A stretch of 64,000 nucleotides of DNA from an uncultured virus (IMG/VR IMGVR_UViG_3300025770_000897) (lineage: Duplodnaviria; Heunggongvirae; Uroviricota; Caudoviricetes), in IMG/VR virus record IMGVR_UViG_3300025770_000897, one strand, 5' to 3'. Below the pieces are notes generated by a model. That model worked only from the letters and a program-made list of their open reading frames with translations. It made no database searches and had not been told where the DNA came from. This document shows positions 40,487-48,881 of the stretch, one piece after another. The translations under genes were made by a program, and so were the position numbers. Within the stretch, counting starts at the first letter, position 1, and every line of letters starts with the position of its first letter.

Positions 40487-40855
40487 ATGACTCCTACTGA
40501 ATACTACTGGGGAACATTCGGTTATCCCTTTGAAGATTGTGAAGTTACATCTCTCGATTCTGTTTCTGCATGGTCGTGGGCTGGACACATAGGTATTCCC
40601 AGCATTTCACAATTTGATTTTAAAATCGGACAACCTGACCCCAGAGGCATCGGCCAAGTCACCGCTATCTATGAATTAACACATTCATATCAAGACACAC
40701 CTGAAATTGAAATCATCATTTGTCTTGAAGGCGAAGTAGGTGCAACTACATGGGAAAAACTACGGCCTGTGGCGTATCATACCTCGGAAGAAGCCATCCG
40801 TTGTTTTGAATCTGAGAGTCCGTGGGTCGGCACTCCTTCAGTATCATTTAACTGA
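40487..40855 (+). CDS. Hypothetical protein
   Basis: Promoter variant TTTATAAC at 40457, 30 nt before ATG. Confidence 0.65.
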   Translation: MTPTEYYWGTFGYPFEDCEVTSLDSVSAWSWAGHIGIPSISQFDFKIGQPDPRGIGQVTAIYELTHSYQDTPEIEIIICLEGEVGATTWEKLRPVAYHTSEEAIRCFESESPWVGTPSVSFN

Positions 40856-40893
40856 AGCCAACCTTTAAGTATCAAAAGCGAACCATGTTCAGT

Positions 40894-41802
40894 ATGGATG
40901 ATGACGTTTCACCGTTCCTTTCGGAATTAGAATCTGAAGTTCAAACCGAAGCCGCAGGTAATCCAAATAACAAAATGGCTTTCAATGGTGAAGCCCCATC
41001 TAACTCAGTTGTTGAAACTGTGGAAGTCACTGATGAAGATTTGAAAAAGTATCTTACAGAAGGACAGCGTAATTCTTTACCAAAGGCTTTACAAGAAGGT
41101 ATTGCTCGCAAAAAGAAAATCTCTGAATCCGAAGAAGCCAATATGCCCAGTTTTGAAAACATGAGAAGCGAGTATGATAATCCAGAGACGATTCCCGAAG
41201 TTTCTGCTGATGAACCACTTCCAGAATCACCAGAAGAACTCACTCCTGAAACTGAGATTCCTCCAGAAGTTGCTGGACCTCCCGAAACTTTTGAACCCAA
41301 CTTGCCCGAACCTGCTGATGTTACACTTTTAGCAGAAAGGTTATCCAATCAAGACCAAGAAGTTCGTATTGCCAGTATGACTCAACGCCAATTTGAAGAT
41401 TGGTTGTTTCCAGAAGACGGTGAAAGTTCCGATTGGGCATCTGGTCAAGTTGCACTTGCTCGAATCTTAGCCAACCTCAAAGCGGCTGGTTACGATGCTA
41501 ATACTTTGACAATCGACGAAACTTTATTCCCACGTTACCTTCAAGTTGCTTCGGCTTTGTGGTCTCGACAGAATCTGGTAGAAACTGACCGTGAATCTGT
41601 ATTACTTAAATTAGAAAATGCTCCTGCATCTCAAATCGTTGCTATGCTTACTGCTACGGCAGATGCAATTCCTATTACAATGGCTGCTGAATTATTCAGC
41701 CCAGTTGAAGTTGAATCCGAACCTACAAATTATCTACCGTATGCTGCTGTGGGAATCACTACAATTGCCGCTATGCTTATACCCATGTTTTGGAAGAAGT
41801 AA
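40894..41802 (+). CDS. Tail-anchored acidic/Pro-rich protein
   Basis: C-terminal YAAVGITTIAAMLIPMFWKK; ATG 30 nt after TATA at 40864. Confidence 0.8.
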   Translation: MDDDVSPFLSELESEVQTEAAGNPNNKMAFNGEAPSNSVVETVEVTDEDLKKYLTEGQRNSLPKALQEGIARKKKISESEEANMPSFENMRSEYDNPETIPEVSADEPLPESPEELTPETEIPPEVAGPPETFEPNLPEPADVTLLAERLSNQDQEVRIASMTQRQFEDWLFPEDGESSDWASGQVALARILANLKAAGYDANTLTIDETLFPRYLQVASALWSRQNLVETDRESVLLKLENAPASQIVAMLTATADAIPITMAAELFSPVEVESEPTNYLPYAAVGITTIAAMLIPMFWKK

Positions 41803-41840
41803 CCGAAGTCTTTAAGTATCAAAAGGGAGTAGAGAATAAT

Positions 41841-42638
41841 ATGAATCTGGACCTTGCTATTCAGAACACGCTTCGGCGTAGCCCAATGGAAGGAGCCATG
41901 CACGGAGTTATGTCCGATTTTGGTAACACATATCAACTAACATCATACACGGAATCCAGCAAGGCTGCTGAAAGTATTCTCGGTAAGCCTGTGGCTCACA
42001 TGACTCCTAATGCTTTGAGCCGACCAGTTCATGCTGAAAAGAGAGTCGTTAAAAACGCCGAGCCAACTTCTGACATTTCCACAGTTATTGATGGTTACAC
42101 CCTATCTTACACCGCCAATTCAAAGAATTGGACACTTAGTTCCACTGGAGTCCCCGGTTTCTGGGACAAACTTTTGGGTCGCTCTGGTAAATCAACTGTA
42201 TTAGCAACCAAATACGGTGCTAACAGTAGTCACCGATTCCTATCAGAAATCGAATCCTTGTCACAACTTTCGTCACGTTCTAAAAACAACATCGCTGGTT
42301 TCGTCTTAGAAAACTCTGGTCGCATTTCTACCGAAACTCTTCAAACAGGATATACTGTTGATACGCAACCTCTTGACGATGCTCTTACCAGTAGTGGTTC
42401 AACTAAGATTTTGGAAGCCAGTGGGTCCTCACGACAATTTGAACTTGGTTTGGCATCAGAGTATGCTGGAGTCGCCAAGCAACGTAACAATACTTTCATG
42501 GGAGATACTGTTATTCCACAACCGCTATCACAAGCGCAAATCGGAATGGTCAGAACTCCATTGGGTGACCCAGTGGGAGTGCATATTGCACCACCGACTC
42601 GACACATGGGTTCAATAAGAACTAACCGAAGTCTTTAA
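41841..42638 (+). CDS. Hypothetical virion-associated protein
   Basis: ATG 30 nt after TATA at 41811; AAE/HAE/NAE sites. Confidence 0.75.
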   Translation: MNLDLAIQNTLRRSPMEGAMHGVMSDFGNTYQLTSYTESSKAAESILGKPVAHMTPNALSRPVHAEKRVVKNAEPTSDISTVIDGYTLSYTANSKNWTLSSTGVPGFWDKLLGRSGKSTVLATKYGANSSHRFLSEIESLSQLSSRSKNNIAGFVLENSGRISTETLQTGYTVDTQPLDDALTSSGSTKILEASGSSRQFELGLASEYAGVAKQRNNTFMGDTVIPQPLSQAQIGMVRTPLGDPVGVHIAPPTRHMGSIRTNRSL

Positions 42639-42663
42639 GTAGTTGAACGTGAAAGGTGATAAT

Positions 42664-43698
42664 ATGAGTGCAATAGGAAATGTTGTTGAATCCTCTAAGG
42701 CTGGATTGATGTCCCCTGACTTTTATTCTGGTGTTGCAGGTATCGCAGTTGGCGGTGTCCTCGGCTCTGCACTTACTTTGATTCCTTTCCAGCGTGCTGG
42801 AATGTTTGGTAACGCTCTCCGAACTGGTGTTACACTTGGTTCAGGTGCTTACCTTGTGAACAAGTCTCGTTCCGAATCAGGAGATATGAGTCGCTTGTAT
42901 CTTAGTGCAGGAACAATTCTCGGATTTGCAGGTGTTAGTCAAGTTCTTGGTTATCTTACTGCTATGACTGGACTTTCAATCCCCGGTTTCAACGGTCTTG
43001 GAACTATGATTACTGCTAACGCAGAATCTGATGACACACAATTGATTGCACAGCGAGGCTCTGGCTCAGTTATCGGTCAAGAAACCGCTACTCAAAGTTT
43101 CTCCGACATTTACTCGGCTGATACTTTCGAGGAAGGCACACAAGAAATGGTGAACCGTGTTCCTCCGGGCAATCCAGTAGATTCAGTTTATGAACCTGCT
43201 CCAATGGGTCACGGTGTTGCACAGTGGTTCGGTTCTGAAGATATGGACATCGCTCCTACTGGTGGACTCGACCAAAACCTCGGTGGTTCTTCCGCAGAAC
43301 CTACTACCGTTGCTATGCCTCAAGAAGAAAAACTTGGTGACTTTATTAACAGCGTCGATACTCTCGGACTTCGTGCTATGAACCCACTGGGTCGTGCTAA
43401 CGCTTTCGTTGATTCCAAGTATCCCGGTGGCGACCCTCCAGTTGCTTACGGTGCTGAAGAACCAATGCTCAATGTTGAATACCCAAATCCAACTCCTCAA
43501 ATGGGAAGTCTCCCTGATATGTTGAACACATATATTAAGCCCAGCACAACCGCAGAACAATCCATCATGGATTCGGTTCGTCTTATCAACCCGGGGCAAC
43601 CTATTCAATACTTTGGTGCAGAAAACGGCAAGATGGCCGGCACCGTTACACATTCGCTGACATCGGCAGAGGGCTTCGGCTCCGTGATTGGTCAGTAA
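42664..43698 (+). CDS. Multi-TM membrane protein with AE-delimited C-terminal peptides
   Basis: Three N-terminal hydrophobic helices; GHGVAQWFGSE and two GSVIGQ; TATA at 42634. Confidence 0.8.
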   Translation: MSAIGNVVESSKAGLMSPDFYSGVAGIAVGGVLGSALTLIPFQRAGMFGNALRTGVTLGSGAYLVNKSRSESGDMSRLYLSAGTILGFAGVSQVLGYLTAMTGLSIPGFNGLGTMITANAESDDTQLIAQRGSGSVIGQETATQSFSDIYSADTFEEGTQEMVNRVPPGNPVDSVYEPAPMGHGVAQWFGSEDMDIAPTGGLDQNLGGSSAEPTTVAMPQEEKLGDFINSVDTLGLRAMNPLGRANAFVDSKYPGGDPPVAYGAEEPMLNVEYPNPTPQMGSLPDMLNTYIKPSTTAEQSIMDSVRLINPGQPIQYFGAENGKMAGTVTHSLTSAEGFGSVIGQ

Positions 43699-43715
43699 AA
43701 TAAAAGGTGAAGAAA

Positions 43716-43967
43716 ATGATGAACAAACTTTGTAACTGGTCAGAATCTAAAAACGGACAATATGTAACTGGAATCGCTGCTCTTGTTGGCGGTTTGCACT
43801 TGATGGCAACTGAAGCACAACCAGTTCTCGGTTTCCTCCCTGCTTTTTCAGTCGATATTATGGGTCGCACCATTGGCGCACAACAACTTGTTGGTGCTGC
43901 TGTGGCCGTAACTGGACTTGGCGTTGTTCTTTGCCAACTCAATGGACCTTCAATGATGGGTCTTTAA
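43716..43967 (+). CDS. Small two-TM membrane protein
   Basis: GGTGA RBS; hairpin topology like 32217 and the N-terminus of 43995. Confidence 0.7.
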   Translation: MMNKLCNWSESKNGQYVTGIAALVGGLHLMATEAQPVLGFLPAFSVDIMGRTIGAQQLVGAAVAVTGLGVVLCQLNGPSMMGL

Positions 43968-43994
43968 AATTAGAACACAACGGAAGTGAATAAT

Positions 43995-44549
43995 ATGAAA
44001 CTACGACAAATACTTGTGAACGAATACACCGTCGGTGGCAGCCTTCTCCTTATAGGTGCAGGTTTCTGGTCCACCCGATTTACTGAGGCTCTGGGATACA
44101 AACTCTTTACCATCCCTTCAATGCTTCCACTTATCGGTGGTATGGACGTTACTGTTGGCCGTGCTGCTGCACTTGTGCCACTTTCGCTGGGTGCTGCATT
44201 CTTGCTCGGTAAGATTCGCCCAGTTACTGCTAAAGTTCCAGTCGTTGATAAGGTCGTGGACCTTGCAGACCGAATCGTGAACGAAGTTTCCAAGCCAGTG
44301 GCCTCTGAAATCAAGAGTGCTGAAAAGGCTGCTGAGGAAATCGAAGTTTCGGAGGCTGAATCCGTGGACCAACTCAACCCCACAGAAGTTACTGGAAATG
44401 ATGAAGAAGTTTCGTTTAAGGCCGAAGGCGGCAAAATGAAGTGGAAGGATGCTATCGCACAAGCCCGCAAGGAACTTGGAATCACAGGATTCACCGCTAT
44501 CAAGAAGGGAACCCCTCTTTACAAGCGTGCTAAAGCACTATCATCTTAA
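43995..44549 (+). CDS. Membrane protein with C-terminal DVNP-like basic module
   Basis: Two TMs, acidic AE-rich linker, then WKDAIAQARKELGITGFTAIKKGTPLYKRAKAL. Confidence 0.75.
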   Translation: MKLRQILVNEYTVGGSLLLIGAGFWSTRFTEALGYKLFTIPSMLPLIGGMDVTVGRAAALVPLSLGAAFLLGKIRPVTAKVPVVDKVVDLADRIVNEVSKPVASEIKSAEKAAEEIEVSEAESVDQLNPTEVTGNDEEVSFKAEGGKMKWKDAIAQARKELGITGFTAIKKGTPLYKRAKALSS

Positions 44550-44561
44550 GCCCAACCGTAG

Positions 44562-45158
44562 GTGATTACCATAGAAATGTGGTTTCCCCGAACTCTAAAT
44601 GAGTTTTCACCTTATCCGTGGGCTAATAAAGAGTCTTTTAACTCTTTCGATTACAATGTGGACCTTTACGCCATCAACCCTTACCAGATTCTTTCAGATA
44701 TGACAGATTCCAGTGAAAATACTGTATATGTTTTTTACGATGCCTCAACATCTAAATCCTATTTGATTCAAGAAAAGTTTCACGGAAGTCAATACGTTAT
44801 CGTTTCTCAAATTATTCGACCAAGTAGGCTCCTGAAAGGTGAGCGTCGTCGAGGTTACCTTATTTATCCAATTGAGGCTGAGGGTGGAATACGAATGTTA
44901 CAACCCGTCGGTGAGTCCATAAAGTCGGGGAAACCTTCGGGTAGTCCCCTTGAGCCGTCTTCAAAAGGGAGAACTCCTATGTATTTCGATAACTACACAC
45001 ATTTAAAAACTGATGTCCAAAAATGGATTGACGACACTACCCAAAAACCTTCTGAATCTACCAATGCCCATCACGGTTACAAATATATTTTCACAGGGAA
45101 CCCACCTTTTATTGGTGTTTTGAATTGGAATCTGTTTCCAAATACCATTTTAGACTAA
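44562..45158 (+). CDS. Hypothetical protein
   Basis: 198-aa ORF; true start may be ATG 44577 after GGTGA. Confidence 0.65.
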   Translation: MITIEMWFPRTLNEFSPYPWANKESFNSFDYNVDLYAINPYQILSDMTDSSENTVYVFYDASTSKSYLIQEKFHGSQYVIVSQIIRPSRLLKGERRRGYLIYPIEAEGGIRMLQPVGESIKSGKPSGSPLEPSSKGRTPMYFDNYTHLKTDVQKWIDDTTQKPSESTNAHHGYKYIFTGNPPFIGVLNWNLFPNTILD

Positions 45159-45172
45159 GAATAACCGAAGTC

Positions 45173-45180
45173 TTTAAGTA
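45173..45180 (+). promoter_or_regulatory. Full-consensus promoter of the capsid operon (leadered transcript)
   Basis: taaccgaagtctttaagtagttgaa; ATG lies 62 nt downstream of the TATA start. Confidence 0.8.
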
Positions 45181-45234
45181 GTTGAAAAGTCCATGTATAG
45201 TTAAGCGCAAGTCGCTATAATAGGAAAGATTATT

Positions 45235-45918
45235 ATGTCAATGAGAAGCCAAGTATATGAATGGGCCAACCTCGCACCAGTCGGTGTGTCGTCTGCTCTA
45301 CGCCGAAGCACAGCCGATGTCCCGAAAGCCTTGACCGCAGGTCGTGAATACGATTTGTTTATTGGTGGAACTGGAAACAACATCACCAAGCCAGCCGAAA
45401 CAACTGCAACCCAGTTTATCGTTATCGAGGACATCGCTTGTTCTCCTCATCTTGGTGGTGCTATTCAAATCCGTATCAACACCACTGATTACTTCCAGAA
45501 CCCTGACGTTACCGACCAAGCAGGTATCCCCGGTCTGGCAAGTCCTTACCCTCGTGGTGCGCCTTCATCTGTGAACCTCGCCAGTGCTACCCCACTGAAC
45601 AGCGACCAACTCTTGAAGTCCTTCGACCTTTACCCAGACGTTTATGTTCTGCCCGGTCAAACCTTCCAGATTCTTTATACTGCTGAAACCGCAACTGGTG
45701 TCGGTGTTGCTGCTACTTCAACTGAAGTCGTTGCTGCTTTCGTGAAATACACTCTTTACGACGGTCCAGATGCACTCATCGCAAACAAACTTCTTGAACT
45801 TGGTGTGACCATCAATCCTAACAACGTGGATTGGTATAAGCGAAGCCTCATTGAACAACAGCAACGCTCGGCTTCTATGGCTGCTGCGGCTGCTATGGCA
45901 AACGGAGGTCAGGCTTGA
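45235..45918 (+). CDS. Putative major capsid protein 1 (single jelly-roll-like)
   Basis: Beta-strand pattern, C-ending-biased codons, adjacent close paralogue, three further paralogues in the window. Confidence 0.7.
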   Translation: MSMRSQVYEWANLAPVGVSSALRRSTADVPKALTAGREYDLFIGGTGNNITKPAETTATQFIVIEDIACSPHLGGAIQIRINTTDYFQNPDVTDQAGIPGLASPYPRGAPSSVNLASATPLNSDQLLKSFDLYPDVYVLPGQTFQILYTAETATGVGVAATSTEVVAAFVKYTLYDGPDALIANKLLELGVTINPNNVDWYKRSLIEQQQRSASMAAAAAMANGGQA

Positions 45919-45961
45919 GGTTTCCCCTTTTCAGGAGAAAACTTTAAGATAGGTGATAATT

Positions 45962-46591
45962 ATGAGTATGAGAAGCCAAGTATATGACTGGGATGCAAGC
46001 CGTGGAACTGCTATGACTGTTGCGACAAGCGCAGGAAAGCGAACATCAATTTTTATTGGTGGCGTGGGTAACAACATCACAAAGCCCGCAGAAACAAGCG
46101 CAACAGAGTTCGTTGTCATTGAAGACATCGCTGTTACGCCGACACTACCAATTGGTGTCGATACACAAATCGCAACTGCACAACGTGGTCTTACCTACGG
46201 TGTCGCTATGGGAATCGCAGGACCTCGTGCCTACGTCCAAGTCCGTATCAACACCACAGACTACTTCCTCGACCCTGACAACGTTCCAAACGACGGAATC
46301 CCCGGAACTTCAAGTCCTTACCCACGTAGTATCGACTTCCAGCCTTCGTTCAACCTCTACCCTGACGTGTATGTTCTCCCCGGACAAGTTTGGGATGTTC
46401 TCGTGACATTCTTCAACACACAGGCTTTCGCTGGTGCTACTGCTGCTGCTGGTGAACTCCGATGTTTCGTGAAATACACTCTTTACGACGGACCTGATGC
46501 ACTCATCGCCAACAAGTTGTTGGAAATGGGTATCTCCATCAACCCCGGAAACGTGGACTGGTATAAGCGAAGCCTCCTTGCTTCCCAATAA
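45962..46591 (+). CDS. Putative major capsid protein 2 (paralogue of 45235)
   Basis: Shares MSMRSQVY, NNITKPAET, RINTTDYF, LYPDVYVLPGQ and FVKYTLYDGPDALIANKLLE; GGTGA RBS. Confidence 0.7.
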   Translation: MSMRSQVYDWDASRGTAMTVATSAGKRTSIFIGGVGNNITKPAETSATEFVVIEDIAVTPTLPIGVDTQIATAQRGLTYGVAMGIAGPRAYVQVRINTTDYFLDPDNVPNDGIPGTSSPYPRSIDFQPSFNLYPDVYVLPGQVWDVLVTFFNTQAFAGATAAAGELRCFVKYTLYDGPDALIANKLLEMGISINPGNVDWYKRSLLASQ

Positions 46592-46620
46592 GCAAGAACT
46601 GGTCTTAGACCTCTAAGCCA

Positions 46621-46678
46621 TTAGGCTTGGGACAGAGTATTGAGTCGAAAGGCTCTTGCAGATGAAGTCCCAGCCTAA
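46621..46678 (+). other. Long RNA stem-loop after the capsid genes (GAAA tetraloop, K-turn-like internal loop)
   Basis: ttaggc(t)tgggac pairs with gtcccagcctaa; inner gagtc-gaaa-ggctc. Confidence 0.6.
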
Positions 46679-46711
46679 CAGGTCTTGGTAGATTCTGAGG
46701 ATGTGTTCACT

Positions 46712-46945
46712 ATGCGAATGGGAACTTTGATGACTGATGTTGTCGTGATAGGCTCTGCTTTGTTCTTAATCGGAACATGGTTGTCTTCACACCACACTCA
46801 CAAGGTTGTAACACAGAAACACCCTGAACATCGAGTTCGACAGTTTCTGATATACACTTGTATAGGTGTCTGCTTTATGACTGTTGGTTCTAACATGATG
46901 ACTGACGGCGTAGTAGAACGTCTCAAAGGTTCTGGTGAGGCTTAA
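46712..46945 (+). CDS. Small two-TM membrane protein (paralogue of the next gene)
   Basis: IGVCFMTVGSNM versus IGVGLFQIGSNL. Confidence 0.7.
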   Translation: MRMGTLMTDVVVIGSALFLIGTWLSSHHTHKVVTQKHPEHRVRQFLIYTCIGVCFMTVGSNMMTDGVVERLKGSGEA

Positions 46946-47139
46946 TGTCTAAGAGTTTAACTCTGGGCGCAGCCATGTTCACCACAGGATTTTTGCTGAC
47001 TACTTATCACGCCAGCATTTTGTTCGACCCCAAAAGACGAGTAGTTTCACATCTTGTGTGGGCTATGATAGGTGTAGGATTGTTTCAAATTGGTTCTAAT
47101 CTTACTGCCAGTGGCTTACACGATAAACTTACGGTGTAA
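46945..47139 (+). CDS. Small two-TM membrane protein
   Basis: GGTGAGG RBS; TAATG stop/start overlap. Confidence 0.7.
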   Translation: MSKSLTLGAAMFTTGFLLTTYHASILFDPKRRVVSHLVWAMIGVGLFQIGSNLTASGLHDKLTV

Positions 47140-47172
47140 AACTTTAAATAGTCTAAACGCTTAATCAAAGTT

Positions 47173-47877
47173 GTGTGGGAAGAAAACTTAGCAGGGATGA
47201 CCATTCCTGAACTCAAAGAGTTACTGAAAAGACATGATTTGGTTCCGTCTGGAACACGACAACAAATGATTTCCAGATTATCAATCTCTCTTTGGAGAGG
47301 TGAATTATTGAAGTATGAATCTTTTGAAAAAATGACTGTTCCTGAACTCAAGGAACTTCTCAAGGCTGATGGAAAATCATTTGCTGGAAAGAAAAAAGAG
47401 TTAATTGAAAGAGTTGTCGGATTAACTAAAAAAGAAATCTTAGGAGGGATTGGTAAGTATGTGTATGATGCTGTGCCTTTAGCACTTATGCCCTCAATCA
47501 ATTTTCACCTTCGAGATTACGGTATCAACGCCAATGACCCCAATAAAACCCTCATAGGACTTACTAAACTGGGTGGGAAAGACCTCAAAAGACTGTTTCA
47601 GCAATTAGTCGTTTCCGTTCATACTCCTTTCATAGACGAAAATGATGCGAAGTATATTAGTTCTACGACTCAAAAAACCCTACTTCGGATTATGAGTGTC
47701 GTTTATTTCGGTGATTGGATGGGATTTCCATCCACCTCGGATATGATGGCTTTTTTAGACTTAGAACTAAGACCTAATTTCATAATGAATTGGGTCAGCG
47801 AAGATTTTATCCAACTCATGCGCCGACAAGGACCCACGGCTCCCGGTGTCTTCACCCTTTTCAACCAATTTGAGTAG
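47173..47877 (+). CDS. Tandem SAP-domain DNA-binding protein
   Basis: MTIPELKELLKRHDLVPSGTRQQMISRL and MTVPELKELLKADGKSFAGKKKELIERV; TTTAAATA at 47143. Confidence 0.8.
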   Translation: MWEENLAGMTIPELKELLKRHDLVPSGTRQQMISRLSISLWRGELLKYESFEKMTVPELKELLKADGKSFAGKKKELIERVVGLTKKEILGGIGKYVYDAVPLALMPSINFHLRDYGINANDPNKTLIGLTKLGGKDLKRLFQQLVVSVHTPFIDENDAKYISSTTQKTLLRIMSVVYFGDWMGFPSTSDMMAFLDLELRPNFIMNWVSEDFIQLMRRQGPTAPGVFTLFNQFE

Positions 47878-47908
47878 TTTTAAGTAAGTAAAACATCATA
47901 GTATAACT

Positions 47909-48856
47909 ATGTTTGATGTCATCGTTGTGACTTACAAGGTTTCGCCAGAGTTCATTACTCGTTGTTTAGACAGCATTCTGTCTCAAACTTTCAGTGATTA
48001 TCATGTGTATATTTGTGACGGCACTCCTGAAGATTACGAAGGTTACTCAGACATTATGAAAACTTTCGATAATTACACCACAGATTCTCGTTTTACTTTA
48101 CTTCAACAAACAGGCCGTGGGGTTAGTCAAGCACGTAACCAAGCCATCGCTGCTGGAACTCGCCCTTACATCGCCACTTTAGACGGAGACGATTTGTGGT
48201 ATCCAGAGCATTTAGAATGGATGACTGAAGCCATTGAAACTACACAGTCTGAACAATTGCCTGTGGCTTTTTGGTGGGCAGGTGCTGACGCTGAAATCAA
48301 ATTACAATCTCTCAAATCAGATGAAGTTTATACCAAAATAGGTGTCATCGGTTGGTATCCTCAATGGCAGAAGGTTCAACCTGACGAAACTTTCTTCTTT
48401 TGTTTTGGTAATCCTCTGATGCCCAGCAATTCTGCAATTCTACGTTCTCGATATGAAGCCGTTAATGGCTATGATGAAACTCTTCAAATAGGTGAAGATA
48501 CAGATTTATTTATTCGCATGGCAGGAAATCCAATCAAATATGCGCCAAACTCTGATAACTTAGGAACTGAATTATTTTATGGACATCAAGTTGATGCCGT
48601 TTCAGGTTATCATGGCTGCGGACCGTGGCAAACAACCACAATGGGACATCAATCTTCTGCCGCCGATAATCGAAGTTTTAAAGAAGTTCAAGCCGAGTTT
48701 CAACGTCAAGCCGACTCACGCACCCTCAAGTCATATTGGTTTTCAGAATCTGACAGACCCTCATGGATTGATTCGGAGCGTTGGACTCTGCTCTGTGAAC
48801 TTGCATTCCAAAAATCTAACGATGTAGAAATACTAAAACTCAAGGCTGAAGTTTAA
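47909..48856 (+). CDS. Glycosyltransferase family 2
   Basis: VIVVTY, CLDSILSQTF, GVSQARNQAI, LDGDD, GEDTDL. Confidence 0.9.
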   Translation: MFDVIVVTYKVSPEFITRCLDSILSQTFSDYHVYICDGTPEDYEGYSDIMKTFDNYTTDSRFTLLQQTGRGVSQARNQAIAAGTRPYIATLDGDDLWYPEHLEWMTEAIETTQSEQLPVAFWWAGADAEIKLQSLKSDEVYTKIGVIGWYPQWQKVQPDETFFFCFGNPLMPSNSAILRSRYEAVNGYDETLQIGEDTDLFIRMAGNPIKYAPNSDNLGTELFYGHQVDAVSGYHGCGPWQTTTMGHQSSAADNRSFKEVQAEFQRQADSRTLKSYWFSESDRPSWIDSERWTLLCELAFQKSNDVEILKLKAEV

Positions 48857-48881
48857 GTTGGTGATTTACCTTACAATGTTC

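Noticed and set aside
46621..46678. Hammerhead ribozyme or tRNA
   Set aside because: Has CAGATGA rather than CTGATGA, the GAAA is a tetraloop rather than a core junction, and there is no cloverleaf.
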